Source of the DNA: Pyrinomonadaceae bacterium
GTDB taxonomy: Bacteria; Acidobacteriota; Blastocatellia; Pyrinomonadales; Pyrinomonadaceae
Direction: 5' to 3'
Assembly (NCBI GenBank): GCA_036281015.1
Contig: DASUPR010000210.1
Location: 1-42,292 of the forward strand
Length of the DNA: 42,292 nucleotides
The translations under genes were made by a program, and so were the position numbers. Below, piece by piece: positions 1 through 9,191 of the stretch. Numbering within the stretch: position 1 is the first letter of the stretch; the number at the start of each line of letters is the position of its first letter. Under the pieces are notes generated by a model that ran no database searches, had not been told where the DNA came from, and was given only the letters and a program-made list of their open reading frames with translations.

Positions 1-568
1 TCAGTTCGGGAGTCGGCCGATTTGGCTTGGCACTCGCGGGCGAAAGAATCGTGTTCAAATTGGCCGCAGGATTCTTTCGAAGTGCCTGCGCTTTGACAAA
101 CTCCCACGGTGCGACCGGATCCTGTGCTTGCCACAAGCCGCGCCGTTCACTACGCGCGGCCTGCTCGGACTGCTGATAGACCTCCCTATCATCAACACTC
201 AAACGCCCCTGATTACCGGCATCGAACCACGCTGCGCCATCGCGAATCATCTGCGCACCGATATCGGTTTTTTCCAGCGTAACGCGTCCGACGAGACTGC
301 CGTCCGCGGCAATCCCCCAGTACTCAACCAAAACCGACTTGTCGTAAACGAGCGCGGAAAGATGTTTCTTCGCGACGTCGCCAAAAGCCTGATCGGCTTC
401 CGGCGCATCTACGCCCATGAGTTTGACGCGCACCGGCCGATTCAGATTGAAGACAGTAATGACGTCACCATCGTTGACTTCGATGACACGTCCAAACAGC
501 GTTGCTGCTTCAACGCTCGTCGAAAAAAGCGCGATGAGAAGAACACCCCAAAGAGCACGACGTTTCAT
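1..568 (-). CDS. Thermonuclease (staphylococcal-nuclease/SNase-like) family protein, secreted; C-terminus runs off the left edge
   Basis: Missing from the ORF track because it is open-ended. Hand translation from the ATG (complement of 566..568, with GGGAGG 9 nt upstream) gives MKRRALWGVLLIALFSTSVEAATLFGRVIEVNDGDVITV..VRVKLMGVDAPEADQAFG..DGSLVGRV..MIRDGAAW..SEQAARSERRGLWQ. This has a signal peptide and the DGDT/GxDxPE/GLW pattern of SNase-family nucleases. No stop codon before position 1. Confidence 0.75.
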   Translation of the reverse strand, partial: MKRRALWGVLLIALFSTSVEAATLFGRVIEVNDGDVITVFNLNRPVRVKLMGVDAPEADQAFGDVAKKHLSALVYDKSVLVEYWGIAADGSLVGRVTLEKTDIGAQMIRDGAAWFDAGNQGRLSVDDREVYQQSEQAARSERRGLWQAQDPVAPWEFVKAQALRKNPAANLNTILSPASAKPNRPTPEL

Positions 569-599
569 GGTTCGAAACCTCCCTAAAATGACTTCCCGC

Positions 600-643
600 A
601 AAGGCGAAAAGACGCAAAGAAAACGAAACGTTCCTTTGCGTCT
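600..643 (-). terminator. Rho-independent terminator closing the pil/Roadblock operon
   Basis: Perfect 10-bp stem (AGACGCAAAG at 610..619, CTTTGCGTCT at 634..643) with a 14-nt loop. On the minus strand it is followed by TTTTCGCCTTTG, about 28 nt after the Roadblock stop codon. Confidence 0.7.
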
Positions 644-670
644 CTGCACCGAAAGCGGGAAAACTTATTC

Positions 671-1048
671 CTAAACAGCAAACTCTTTCGCCAGCTTCAA
701 CTCGGCTTTCCGCAACTCGAAACGGCCGCGGCCCAAATTCCCTTCAGAGTTCAACGCCAACACGACAAAGTAATCCTTACTCAACAGTCGCATCAGCATC
801 ACGGCGCCCTCGAGTGACACAACCAGCTCGCGCAAGGCGCCCAGTCCGGTGTCAGTACCCGCTCTCTGCGCACTGCGCACGAGCGACGTAAACTCCGCGG
901 CCGCGACGTCGAGGTTCAATTCCGCGCCGGCCTCCCCGAGGACTTTTTCGACAGCGATTCCGTCTGTTCCCATTATGAGCGCACCGAGGCTGCCCTCGGT
1001 GCGTTCGATAATGGATTCAAGCATCTCCTTGAACATTGTGGCCTCCAA
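671..1048 (-). CDS. Roadblock/LC7 (MglB-like) domain protein
   Basis: 125 aa. The pattern ..GSLGALIMGTDGIAVEKV.. / ..VVSLEGAVMLMRLLSKDYFVVLAL.. is typical of Roadblock/LC7 small alpha-beta proteins. Its ATG (1048) directly abuts the pilQ stop (1049..1051). Confidence 0.7.
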   Translation of the reverse strand: MEATMFKEMLESIIERTEGSLGALIMGTDGIAVEKVLGEAGAELNLDVAAAEFTSLVRSAQRAGTDTGLGALRELVVSLEGAVMLMRLLSKDYFVVLALNSEGNLGRGRFELRKAELKLAKEFAV

Positions 1049-2971
1049 TTACGGACGTTGGCCGCTCAGCGTGCCGGGGCGTGCTGCATTCGAGCCGGCA
1101 GGACTGTTGGCGGTGGGAGCACTCAGCAATTGCGGCTGAGTTGTTGGTGTCGTTTGAGGCTGCGGTTGCTGTTGCAACTGAGTCGGAGTCGGCGTGTTGC
1201 TCGGCGGGTTTCCAAGTGGAACCGGCTGAGGAATCGTGATCGTCCGTTGCTTACCATCGCCGACGGTACCTGCCGTTGGACGTCCCTGATAGTCCGGCCG
1301 GTAGATGTGCGGCGTGATGAAGAAAAGGATTTCACTGTTCTGACGCGTGGTCAGCTTGCGTTTGAAGAGGTTGCCAACAATCGGAATCGAGGCGAGTCCG
1401 GGAGTGCGTTGCTGAACTTCACCTTCGTTGTCCGAGAGCACACCGCCCATGACCGTCGTGCCGCCATCTGGAACCAGCACTTCCGACTGCATGCGCTGCG
1501 TGTCGATACCCGGCACGCCGCCGACGGCGATACCGGTGTTGATGGTGTTGTTTTCGATCGTGACGCGTAACACAACCGTGCCGGCGTCAGTGATCTGCGG
1601 CGTGATTGAGAGACGCAACGGAACCGAAACGAACGTCGTGGTCACAACAGCAGTGCCACTCGCGGCCTGCGTTGTTTGCACTGGAATCTGCGAACCACTT
1701 TCGATCTGCGCGGGACGGTTGTTGAGCGCGGTCACGCGCGGGGTCGCAACCGTTTTCGCCTGTCCGCGTGATTCAGCCAGTGACAGCAAAGACGTGATCT
1801 GAGCCGTACCAAACAATCCAGTCGTCAAACCGATCACGGTGCTTGCCGCCGCAGCAGCGAGTGATGGCAGCGGTTGATTCGTACCACCTAGGCCACCGAA
1901 CGCGCTGAACGGATTCGGACCAGGAGGCAGACCGCTTGCGGCGCCAGATCCGGAACCTGACCCCGAACCACCGCCTGATCCCGAACCACCACCATTAGCA
2001 TTGGTTTGGGTCGCGGAAAGAGTTGAGATGTTGCCCAAACCACCGCGATTCATATTCGCAACGCCCAGCGAAAGCTGCGCGCCGAGGTCGCGGCTGAAGT
2101 TACGTTGCGCGATAACGATGCGCGTTTCGATTTCCACCTGCGGCTCCGGCTGGTCCAGGATCGCGACCAACTGCCGAATCGCATCGATGTTTTCTTTAAC
2201 GTCGGTAATGATCAGCGTGTTGCTGCGGCCGTCGACTTCGATCGAGCCGCGACGCGAAAGTCTGCGCGAGATGATCGGAAGCAGACCCTGATCGCCGCTG
2301 CCGCCAGTCGCATCGCCACCAGCGCCACCACTGAAACTAAGATTCGTCGCGCCACCGGAGAACGCGCCGGTCGAACCCGCTGCCTGGGCCAACGTGCCCG
2401 AAGCGCGCGCGTAATTGAGCCTGATAAATTCGGTCACGAGCGGCGAAGCATCCAACCGCGAGTCGTTGATCACCTTCTGCGTCTCTGCCTCTTTGGCCAG
2501 AACGTCCGTCGTGGCAACGCGAAGAATGTTGCCGTTGACCTCGATTCCCAACCGGTTCGCTTTGAGCACGGCGTCGAGCGCGACGTTCCACGGCACATCC
2601 TGCACGTTCACCGTTACCGGCACCGCGGTAACCGAAGCATCGATAACGAAGTTCACTCCGTACTGCTCGGTGATGTAGTTGAGGATGTCGCGGACATCGG
2701 CATTGACAACGTTCAGGTTGATCGGCTCGCCGACGAAACCCGGTTGTCCGTACTGCCGTCCCTGGTCCGACTGTTTGTCCAGACCGCGCGCGAGACTTGC
2801 GGGTGGAGTTGGCGCCGGCGCCGCAGCGACACTCTGCTGCTGGGTTGGGTTCTGCTCGACGGTACGAGCAACAGGAACATTAGGGGCAGCCAAAGCACTT
2901 GTCGGCACGCTGACAAGCAGGACGAGCGCGGTCCAGATGGCTGATCTGACTCGAGGCTGATAAGACATCAT
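1049..2971 (-). CDS. pilQ: Type IV pilus secretin PilQ
   Basis: 640 aa with a signal peptide. C-terminal secretin signature (..TPRVTALNNRPAQIESGSQIPV.., ..GGTTVMGGVL.., ..TPGLASIPIVGNLFK..NSEILFFITPHI). AAGGAGGGAA lies upstream of the ATGATG. Last gene of the pilMNOPQ order. Confidence 0.92.
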   Translation of the reverse strand: MMSYQPRVRSAIWTALVLLVSVPTSALAAPNVPVARTVEQNPTQQQSVAAAPAPTPPASLARGLDKQSDQGRQYGQPGFVGEPINLNVVNADVRDILNYITEQYGVNFVIDASVTAVPVTVNVQDVPWNVALDAVLKANRLGIEVNGNILRVATTDVLAKEAETQKVINDSRLDASPLVTEFIRLNYARASGTLAQAAGSTGAFSGGATNLSFSGGAGGDATGGSGDQGLLPIISRRLSRRGSIEVDGRSNTLIITDVKENIDAIRQLVAILDQPEPQVEIETRIVIAQRNFSRDLGAQLSLGVANMNRGGLGNISTLSATQTNANGGGSGSGGGSGSGSGSGAASGLPPGPNPFSAFGGLGGTNQPLPSLAAAAASTVIGLTTGLFGTAQITSLLSLAESRGQAKTVATPRVTALNNRPAQIESGSQIPVQTTQAASGTAVVTTTFVSVPLRLSITPQITDAGTVVLRVTIENNTINTGIAVGGVPGIDTQRMQSEVLVPDGGTTVMGGVLSDNEGEVQQRTPGLASIPIVGNLFKRKLTTRQNSEILFFITPHIYRPDYQGRPTAGTVGDGKQRTITIPQPVPLGNPPSNTPTPTQLQQQPQPQTTPTTQPQLLSAPTANSPAGSNAARPGTLSGQRP

Positions 2972-3144
2972 TCCCTCCTTAGGGGGATTTCAGAACTCGC
3001 CGCCCGCGCACTAACGCTCGATTGCCGGGGCAACTAAAGCGCGCGCCGCACTGAACTCGGCCAGTTCTGGTTTGTCAAAGGAGCGCTGATTCTTTGCGGA
3101 AGGGCAGCGCGGTAAGGGTCCGGTTTACACATCAAACCAGAGAG

Positions 3145-3738
3145 TTACGGCTTCGCGGTTGCAACGGAGCCACTGGGCACAGGCACTGAATTCACCGGGG
3201 TTGGTTGTCGCAGTGACTTGTACTCGACACTTCTTTCGCGACGGCCATCGGTGAACACGGTCTCACGACGGAACACCAGGCGACTGTCTTCAATGGCGAC
3301 CAGTTGGCCGTCGTAGAAAGGCTCGCCCGGATAGATCACGTAAGTAAGTTTGATAGGCGTTGCTTCGACGATCGCGGCGTATCCACGCGGCGAGCGGGAG
3401 ATTCCGATCACCTGAATCTCGCTGAGCAACAATGCGGTGGTGGGCTTGGGGGCAGGCATGCGCGCACTCATCGCGGCGGCTTTCTGCGCCTTGTAATTAC
3501 TGATCCGATCCTGAATCGTCGGAATCGGCGACTGGTTCGCAACCCGCTTGAGCGTCGGCTTCGGTGGTTCGTATTTTCTGAACGGATCGCGGCCGCCGGA
3601 AGATACGCGTTTCGCCGCCGGCTTTTCCGGCTGTTCCTGGGCCATCGTCGTGACGACGATACCGCTCGTCAGCAACATCGCTGCACCAAGCAATGAAGCC
3701 GTGAACCTAAGTCTCGCAGTGTTCTTTTCGTGGCTCAT
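3145..3738 (-). CDS. pilP: Pilus assembly protein PilP
   Basis: 197 aa with an N-terminal signal/anchor and a C-terminal beta domain (LLLSEIQVIGISRSPRGYAAIVE...GEPFYDGQLVAIEDSRLVF). Position between pilO and pilQ fits PilP. Confidence 0.65.
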   Translation of the reverse strand: MSHEKNTARLRFTASLLGAAMLLTSGIVVTTMAQEQPEKPAAKRVSSGGRDPFRKYEPPKPTLKRVANQSPIPTIQDRISNYKAQKAAAMSARMPAPKPTTALLLSEIQVIGISRSPRGYAAIVEATPIKLTYVIYPGEPFYDGQLVAIEDSRLVFRRETVFTDGRRERSVEYKSLRQPTPVNSVPVPSGSVATAKP

Positions 3739-3756
3739 GATGATTCTCTTCAGAAG

Positions 3757-4398
3757 TTATTTTGCGGGCTGAGGAGCAGCAGCAGGGGCGGCGCCGCCGG
3801 ACGCGCCTTTGGCGGGCTTAGGTTGATTCTGCAAGCGCTCGGATGAGACGTAGTAAGCAGTCAGATCGAAACGCGCGTCTACGGTTTTCGTTAACGACTG
3901 CTTGTCGAGCTGCTTCAGTTCGAAATTGGTGATCGAAACGATGCGCTGATAGTGGGCCAACTGTTCGAAGAACGCGCGCAGACCGGCAAAGCCGCTGACG
4001 ACGCTGACTTCGATCTTCTTGCCACTGTAGTTGTCCTGCTGAATGTCTTCCTTCGGATTGAAACGGCTAAGCACCAAACCGTTGCTCTTCGCGCGATCCT
4101 GAATTCCCTGCAGGACCATCGTCAGCTCGCGTTGTTCCGGAAGCAGTGCTTTCAGCTCCGCAAACTCTTCCTCGCGCGCTTTGTAAGCCGCTTTGAAGTT
4201 GTTCAGGTTCTGCGAAACGATTTGCGCCTGGGCATTCAACGGCCGCAACCGCTCGATCTCGGCGGTCATGGTTTTCGTCTCGGCGCGCGTGCCACTGGTG
4301 ACGAAGTAATAAAATCCGCCGTACATCAGGCCGCCGATGAACAGGAAGGCGACGAGTCGCAGGTACCAGGGAAGGCTTGGAAGCTTGCCTAATTTCAT
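3757..4398 (-). CDS. pilO: Type IV pilus biogenesis protein PilO
   Basis: 213 aa with a single N-terminal TM, a coiled coil, then the ..LPEQRELTMVLQGIQDRAKSNGLVL..ITNFELK.. pattern. Synteny with pilN and pilP. Confidence 0.8.
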   Translation of the reverse strand: MKLGKLPSLPWYLRLVAFLFIGGLMYGGFYYFVTSGTRAETKTMTAEIERLRPLNAQAQIVSQNLNNFKAAYKAREEEFAELKALLPEQRELTMVLQGIQDRAKSNGLVLSRFNPKEDIQQDNYSGKKIEVSVVSGFAGLRAFFEQLAHYQRIVSITNFELKQLDKQSLTKTVDARFDLTAYYVSSERLQNQPKPAKGASGGAAPAAAPQPAK

Positions 4399-4444
4399 CT
4401 CATTGATCCTTTGGTTTCAGTAGGTCTCCGGATGCAGTTGAAAC

Positions 4445-5146
4445 TTACTTCTTCATCGCGACCTGATTCGCCGAGGCAGGAGCGGACTGTTGCGACTGTG
4501 CTTTTGGCGTATCGAACTTCGCCTTGACTGTGAACACGACCACTTCCGGCTTCACGACGTTCGGATCGTTTGGCGCCGCCGCCGCTGCTCCCGCAGAAGA
4601 CCCGGCCTCGGTCGACTGCTTGGCAACTTCTCTTTGCGTCTCGATATTCAGGTTGCTGAACAATCCGCCGGAGAACTCCAAACTCTGTCCAAACTTCGTC
4701 ACGGAATACTCGTTCGGCGACTCGCCTTTAATCGTGACTTCGCCGTCCTTCTGTTCGATGGCGGTCAGATAAAGACCAGGCACGGCGTCGAAGCGCGCTT
4801 TAATTTCCTGAAGCACAGCGCTCGGTCCCTGCTGCGACTCACGGAGTTTCTTGATCGCATCGATACGCGCTTTGATCTCTTCGGTCTTCTTCTCGAGTTC
4901 CTTCTGCTCTTTTTGCACGGCGAGCATCTGCTGGTTGATCCGGTTCTGGTTCTCGAGTTCTTTCTGCGCCGCGGTGTAGGCCATGTTTGCACTGACGTAG
5001 TCGTAGCCCATCGCGAGGGTCATCAAACCAAACACAGTCAGCGCGAGCAGTGCTGTCTGCACACGCGGGCTGGCGACTTTGTCTTCAACCGCCGCGACAC
5101 CCTGTGGCCGATCCGTAACTGACTCGAGCAGGTTTACCTTGATCAT
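4445..5146 (-). CDS. pilN: Type IV pilus biogenesis protein PilN (fimbrial assembly)
   Basis: 233 aa. Opens with the characteristic MIKVNLL, followed by a TM helix and coiled coil. Its start overlaps the pilM stop by 4 nt (5143..5146). Confidence 0.85.
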   Translation of the reverse strand: MIKVNLLESVTDRPQGVAAVEDKVASPRVQTALLALTVFGLMTLAMGYDYVSANMAYTAAQKELENQNRINQQMLAVQKEQKELEKKTEEIKARIDAIKKLRESQQGPSAVLQEIKARFDAVPGLYLTAIEQKDGEVTIKGESPNEYSVTKFGQSLEFSGGLFSNLNIETQREVAKQSTEAGSSAGAAAAAPNDPNVVKPEVVVFTVKAKFDTPKAQSQQSAPASANQVAMKK

Positions 5147-6201
5147 GCTTCCACTCCTCTCAGCGCGAGACCGACGGCAACTGCCATCTCGGGCACGATT
5201 TCTCGCATGTAGTCCGGATCAAACTTTCTCGAATCAACTTCGATCTGCCGGAAGGGATCGAAAACCTCAACCGGGATTTCAAACTTCTGTCCCAGAAAAT
5301 CAGCCAAACCCGGAAGCTTGGAACCACCGCCGGCGAGCAGGATCTTCTGTATACCCGCTTCGTCCTGAGCAGTGGCGCGATAGAAGTCGACGGTCTTCTT
5401 AACTTCGAGCGCGAGCGCTTCGGAAACCGTTTCAATGATTGGTTGGATCGGGCGGGGCTCGGTGCCTTCTGGCAACGGCATACCACGCTTCACGCTCTCG
5501 GCCTGTTCAAAACTGAGACCGAGCTCTCGTTGCAGCAGACTGGTGTACTGGCTGCCGCCAACTGAAGCGTCGCGCGCGAACACCGATCGGGTGCCGTTCA
5601 GGATGTTGATGTTCATCGTGGCCGCGCCGATATTCAGCAGCGCGACGATCTCGCCGGGACGCGGGCGATAGTTGATCTCGTAGCAGTTCTGCAACGCGAA
5701 GGCGTCGACGTCGATGATCACCGGCTGCTTGCCGGCAAGTTGAATCGCCTGCTTCACGTTTGCGATCTTGTCGCTCTTGCAAGCGGCCATGAGCACGTGC
5801 AACGCGTCTTCAGAGCGGCTCGTCAACTCGTAATCGAGATTCACGTCGGCGATGTCGAAAGGGATGTGCTCTTCGGCGTGCCAGCTAAACGACTCCTGCA
5901 ACTCTTCCGAGCTCATTTGCGGCAACACGATGTTCTTTACAATCACGGAGTGACCACTGACGCCGGCACAAACGCGAGTGGTGCGAATCTGGTGTTCGCT
6001 GAAAATTTGCGAGATCACGTTGGACACGTTGTTGAGCTCCATGATCTGGCCGTCAACAATCGTGTCGGTCTGAAGGTTTTCGAAGCCGAGGTTCAGGAGC
6101 TGCAAGCTTGATCCTTTCTTGCCGAGCTCTACTGCCTTGACGGAGCTGGAGCCGATGTCGAGACCGACGAGGTTCTTTTTGCCGGAGCCTTTTTTGAACA
6201 T
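5143..6201 (-). CDS. pilM: Type IV pilus assembly ATPase-fold protein PilM
   Basis: 352 aa. Actin-like fold motif LVGLDIGSSSVKAVEL near the N-terminus and ILLAGGGSKLPGL near the C-terminus. First gene of the pilMNOPQ order. Confidence 0.92.
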   Translation of the reverse strand: MFKKGSGKKNLVGLDIGSSSVKAVELGKKGSSLQLLNLGFENLQTDTIVDGQIMELNNVSNVISQIFSEHQIRTTRVCAGVSGHSVIVKNIVLPQMSSEELQESFSWHAEEHIPFDIADVNLDYELTSRSEDALHVLMAACKSDKIANVKQAIQLAGKQPVIIDVDAFALQNCYEINYRPRPGEIVALLNIGAATMNINILNGTRSVFARDASVGGSQYTSLLQRELGLSFEQAESVKRGMPLPEGTEPRPIQPIIETVSEALALEVKKTVDFYRATAQDEAGIQKILLAGGGSKLPGLADFLGQKFEIPVEVFDPFRQIEVDSRKFDPDYMREIVPEMAVAVGLALRGVEA

Positions 6202-6641
6202 GATTAGTTATTCCTCACCGCGGCAGCGCGAAGTTTGTTTTGCTGACGAAGGCGAACGCGGGCCTTTCGCGCGCGGGGCAGTTGTCGTTTGACGACTTTC
6301 GTCGTGGCTGTAGAGTTCATTCGGATCAAGTTAATGGTCCCTTTGTCGGTAAGGTTGCTCATATCGGGCGGGCGTCAACACAAACGGCTGCGGAGATCAG
6401 GTAGGGCAGGAATTTAAGCTCATCGCGGGACTGACCGCTGTTGAAACCAGGTAGGCACCCAATCAACGGCAAGCGCTGGCCGTCGACCTGAGTGAGAGTA
6501 CCTTAATGGGCCAAACAGTGTCAATCCTTATTTTTCACTGTTTAACTTGTTGCAGACAAGAGACTAAGAGCTGAACCGCGGCGCGTGCAAAGGCTCGTTT
6601 CTGGAACAAAAGCGTAGTTGTTCCAACTTTTAGCGCGCGGT

Positions 6642-7403
6642 TTACTGGTCTTTGACTTTGGCCGTTTTGGCGGGAATGCCGACTACGATGTGGTTTGGTT
6701 CAACGTCGCGTGTGGCCACGGCGTTGGTCCCGATCATTGCGTTATCGCCGACCTGTATTCCGGCCAAAACGGTGGAGTGGTAGGTCAGACGGACGCCGTT
6801 GCCGATGCGCGTCTCGGGTGTTGAGACTTTGTGAATGTCGTAGATGTCGTGACTGTGGGAATAGATATTAACGTAGTCTGAGATCGAGACGTCGTTACCG
6901 ATCTCGATTCCGCCGCGGTCGTCAAGCAGCACATAACGATGCACTACGACGTTGTCGCCGATCGAGAGGTTGTAGCCAAACGACCACTCGACGAAGTGCC
7001 AGCACTTGAAGTCACTGCCGACGCGGCGAAAGATTAGTGGCGCGAGCATCTGGCGGAAACGGTGACCGAGCAGCGCGTTTTGTCCGAGCGGCGAACGATC
7101 AAACATCTGCCAGAGCCAGATCATTGGCTTGCGCTCGAGATAGAGCTTCGAGTCGATGTCGGTGTAGTACTCGGGCTCGGTGGTGATGTTGCGCGGGTCG
7201 AACGTGTGGTAAGTCGCGCGTGCTGCGAACGGGAGATCTGTCGGATCGACCCGTGTAGCTCCGTAATAAATTTGGAACAGTGTGTCGCGAACTACGTCAT
7301 TGGGATCGGTGGTTCCGTCGGTTAGCGACTTTTCGAGTTCAGTTAGAAAACTGTCGTAGTCCCCTTCGGCCAGGGCCTGTGCAGACAATTTGCGGTAAGT
7401 CAT
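6642..7403 (-). CDS. Left-handed beta-helix (hexapeptide-repeat) acyl/acetyltransferase
   Basis: The C-terminal half shows LbH hexapeptide periodicity (IGDNVVVHRYV..IEIGNDVSISDYV..IGNGVRLTYHSTV..VGDNAMIGTNAV..VVGIPAK). The track ORF begins at a TTG (7430). I prefer the ATG at 7403 (MTYRKL..), but the start is uncertain. Confidence 0.7.
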   Translation of the reverse strand: MTYRKLSAQALAEGDYDSFLTELEKSLTDGTTDPNDVVRDTLFQIYYGATRVDPTDLPFAARATYHTFDPRNITTEPEYYTDIDSKLYLERKPMIWLWQMFDRSPLGQNALLGHRFRQMLAPLIFRRVGSDFKCWHFVEWSFGYNLSIGDNVVVHRYVLLDDRGGIEIGNDVSISDYVNIYSHSHDIYDIHKVSTPETRIGNGVRLTYHSTVLAGIQVGDNAMIGTNAVATRDVEPNHIVVGIPAKTAKVKDQ

Positions 7404-7478
7404 AAGCGGAGTCGAGTCAAAGTAACACAAGTATTCCCCAGCTTGCCAGTCGTTGATCGGGAAGCTAGGATTCGCCCA

Positions 7479-9191
7479 ATGAAGTTTCTTCGTATCGCTC
7501 TGGTTCTGGTCCCGCTCGGAATCCTGATAGCGGCGGCCGGGCTATGGTTCAACCTTCCTGTCAAAACCGATCTCGCAGATTACGCGCCTGCGGATGCAAT
7601 CGTCTACGTGGAATTCAACAGTCTGGCGGATGTGGCGCGCACCATTCAGCACACAAACGCGTGGAAGGCTGCGGCGCCGATCACAGGCAACGGGCCGGAT
7701 GGTGACAATCGACTGCTCATCACCGCGGCTCGCGCCGGACTGGCACCCGTCGAGAGCGTGCTGTTTGCGCGCACTCAGGTTGCGCTGGTTGTGGTTGGCT
7801 TGAGCGCTTCGGAGCAGGAAGACACGTTGAAGGTCAGACCGGACATCGCGCTGATTGCGGAAACGCATACGTCTCCGTGGCGTACGAAACCGGTGATGAT
7901 CGACAGCGTGAAACGTCTGGCGCAGTTTGCGTATGGCGCGTCGTCGTGTATTGGACCAACTGGCGATGGCGATCGTTTTGAATGTTCGATACCGGGAAGC
8001 GATCGGAAGCTGGTCGGCGCGATTAACGGCACCACTGTCATTCTGGCGAATAGCGACAACGCGTTGAAGAGTTGTTTGGAGGTGCGCGCCGGCACGCGTC
8101 CGAGCATTGGCACGGATGCTGAGTTTAAGCAGATGCGCTCGAGCGTTGCGACGGGTGAGTCACTTGGCTTTGGTTACATCTCGGCGGCCAATTCGGCGAA
8201 GCTGTTTTCGTGGACTGCTCCGCTGCTGATGGGCATGGCGCCGGGCGATCAGCAGTTGCAACAACTACTCACGTACAGTGCCGCGAAGATTCTGCGCGGC
8301 ATTGCGTGGACGTCGGTGCCGTTAAATGGTGGTATCGAAGATCGTTTTCTGTTTTCGCTCGAGCCGGGAGTTGTGGAGCGGTTGCAGCCGGCCTTTCAAA
8401 CGTCTCAGCGTGATGAGAACTTTTGGAAGCTCGTGCCGGGAAATTTTGAGTCGTTGACGATCTATCGCAGCCGCGAACCGGCGAAGGCGTGGAACTCGCT
8501 TGATGCGGCGGTGGCGTTCAAGCTCGATGCGTTGCCGGCGGTGTTGTTTGGTTCGGTGTTGCAGTCGAGTCTGTCGGTCTATGGCATCAACAATCCGAAA
8601 GAAGCGCTCGCGGCGTTGAGTCCGCCGTTGTTGACGATGAAGCCGTCGACGGGTGTTGACGGATCGGTGTTGGTGGCGCGCGTCAGCGATGAAGCAGCTC
8701 TGCGCAACTCGCTGCAGCAAATAACAGGAAAAGCGACACCGCCGCAGGTTCTTGAGGGGCTGCAAGCCGATCCGGATCCGGCGCAGGAATACTCCGCAGT
8801 GTTTGTGGATGGTTATGTGCTGCTGGGTAAGACTGAAAACATGCGGCAGTGCCTGGCTGAGTTGCGCAAGAGTCAGGCGGCGATCACGGAAGAGAAGAAG
8901 AACGTGCAGGACTCGGCGCGTGAGAACACGGCGGCGATCGTTACTTACGCGAACGATGAAGCGCGTCTGACGAATTTCATCTCGACGCTGTTGCTTATTC
9001 AGGGTAGGCGTTTGTCAGGGGATGAGATTTCGCGGTTGCAGAATACGTTGGGCCGTTCGACTTTTGCGGAAACCGAGACGCGCTTGAGCTCCGCCGGCAT
9101 CGAGCGCAAGACACGTTCTGCGTTTGGGCAGTTCAGCACGTTCATCTCGCTGCTAAGTCCCAGTCAGCCTAATTTCGCGCCTAACCAGTGA
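7479..9191 (+). CDS. Hypothetical membrane-anchored protein
   Basis: Long ORF. The preferred ATG at 7479 gives MKFLRIALVLVPLGILIAAAGLWF (N-terminal TM anchor). I recognise no catalytic motif. Confidence 0.6.
   Translation: MKFLRIALVLVPLGILIAAAGLWFNLPVKTDLADYAPADAIVYVEFNSLADVARTIQHTNAWKAAAPITGNGPDGDNRLLITAARAGLAPVESVLFARTQVALVVVGLSASEQEDTLKVRPDIALIAETHTSPWRTKPVMIDSVKRLAQFAYGASSCIGPTGDGDRFECSIPGSDRKLVGAINGTTVILANSDNALKSCLEVRAGTRPSIGTDAEFKQMRSSVATGESLGFGYISAANSAKLFSWTAPLLMGMAPGDQQLQQLLTYSAAKILRGIAWTSVPLNGGIEDRFLFSLEPGVVERLQPAFQTSQRDENFWKLVPGNFESLTIYRSREPAKAWNSLDAAVAFKLDALPAVLFGSVLQSSLSVYGINNPKEALAALSPPLLTMKPSTGVDGSVLVARVSDEAALRNSLQQITGKATPPQVLEGLQADPDPAQEYSAVFVDGYVLLGKTENMRQCLAELRKSQAAITEEKKNVQDSARENTAAIVTYANDEARLTNFISTLLLIQGRRLSGDEISRLQNTLGRSTFAETETRLSSAGIERKTRSAFGQFSTFISLLSPSQPNFAPNQ

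Noticed and set aside
128-586. 152-aa plus-strand ORF (and the 417..674 ORF) at the left edge
   Set aside because: They are antisense to a far more convincing minus-strand SNase-family nuclease, which has a signal peptide, an SD and family motifs. The plus-frame product has no recognisable features.
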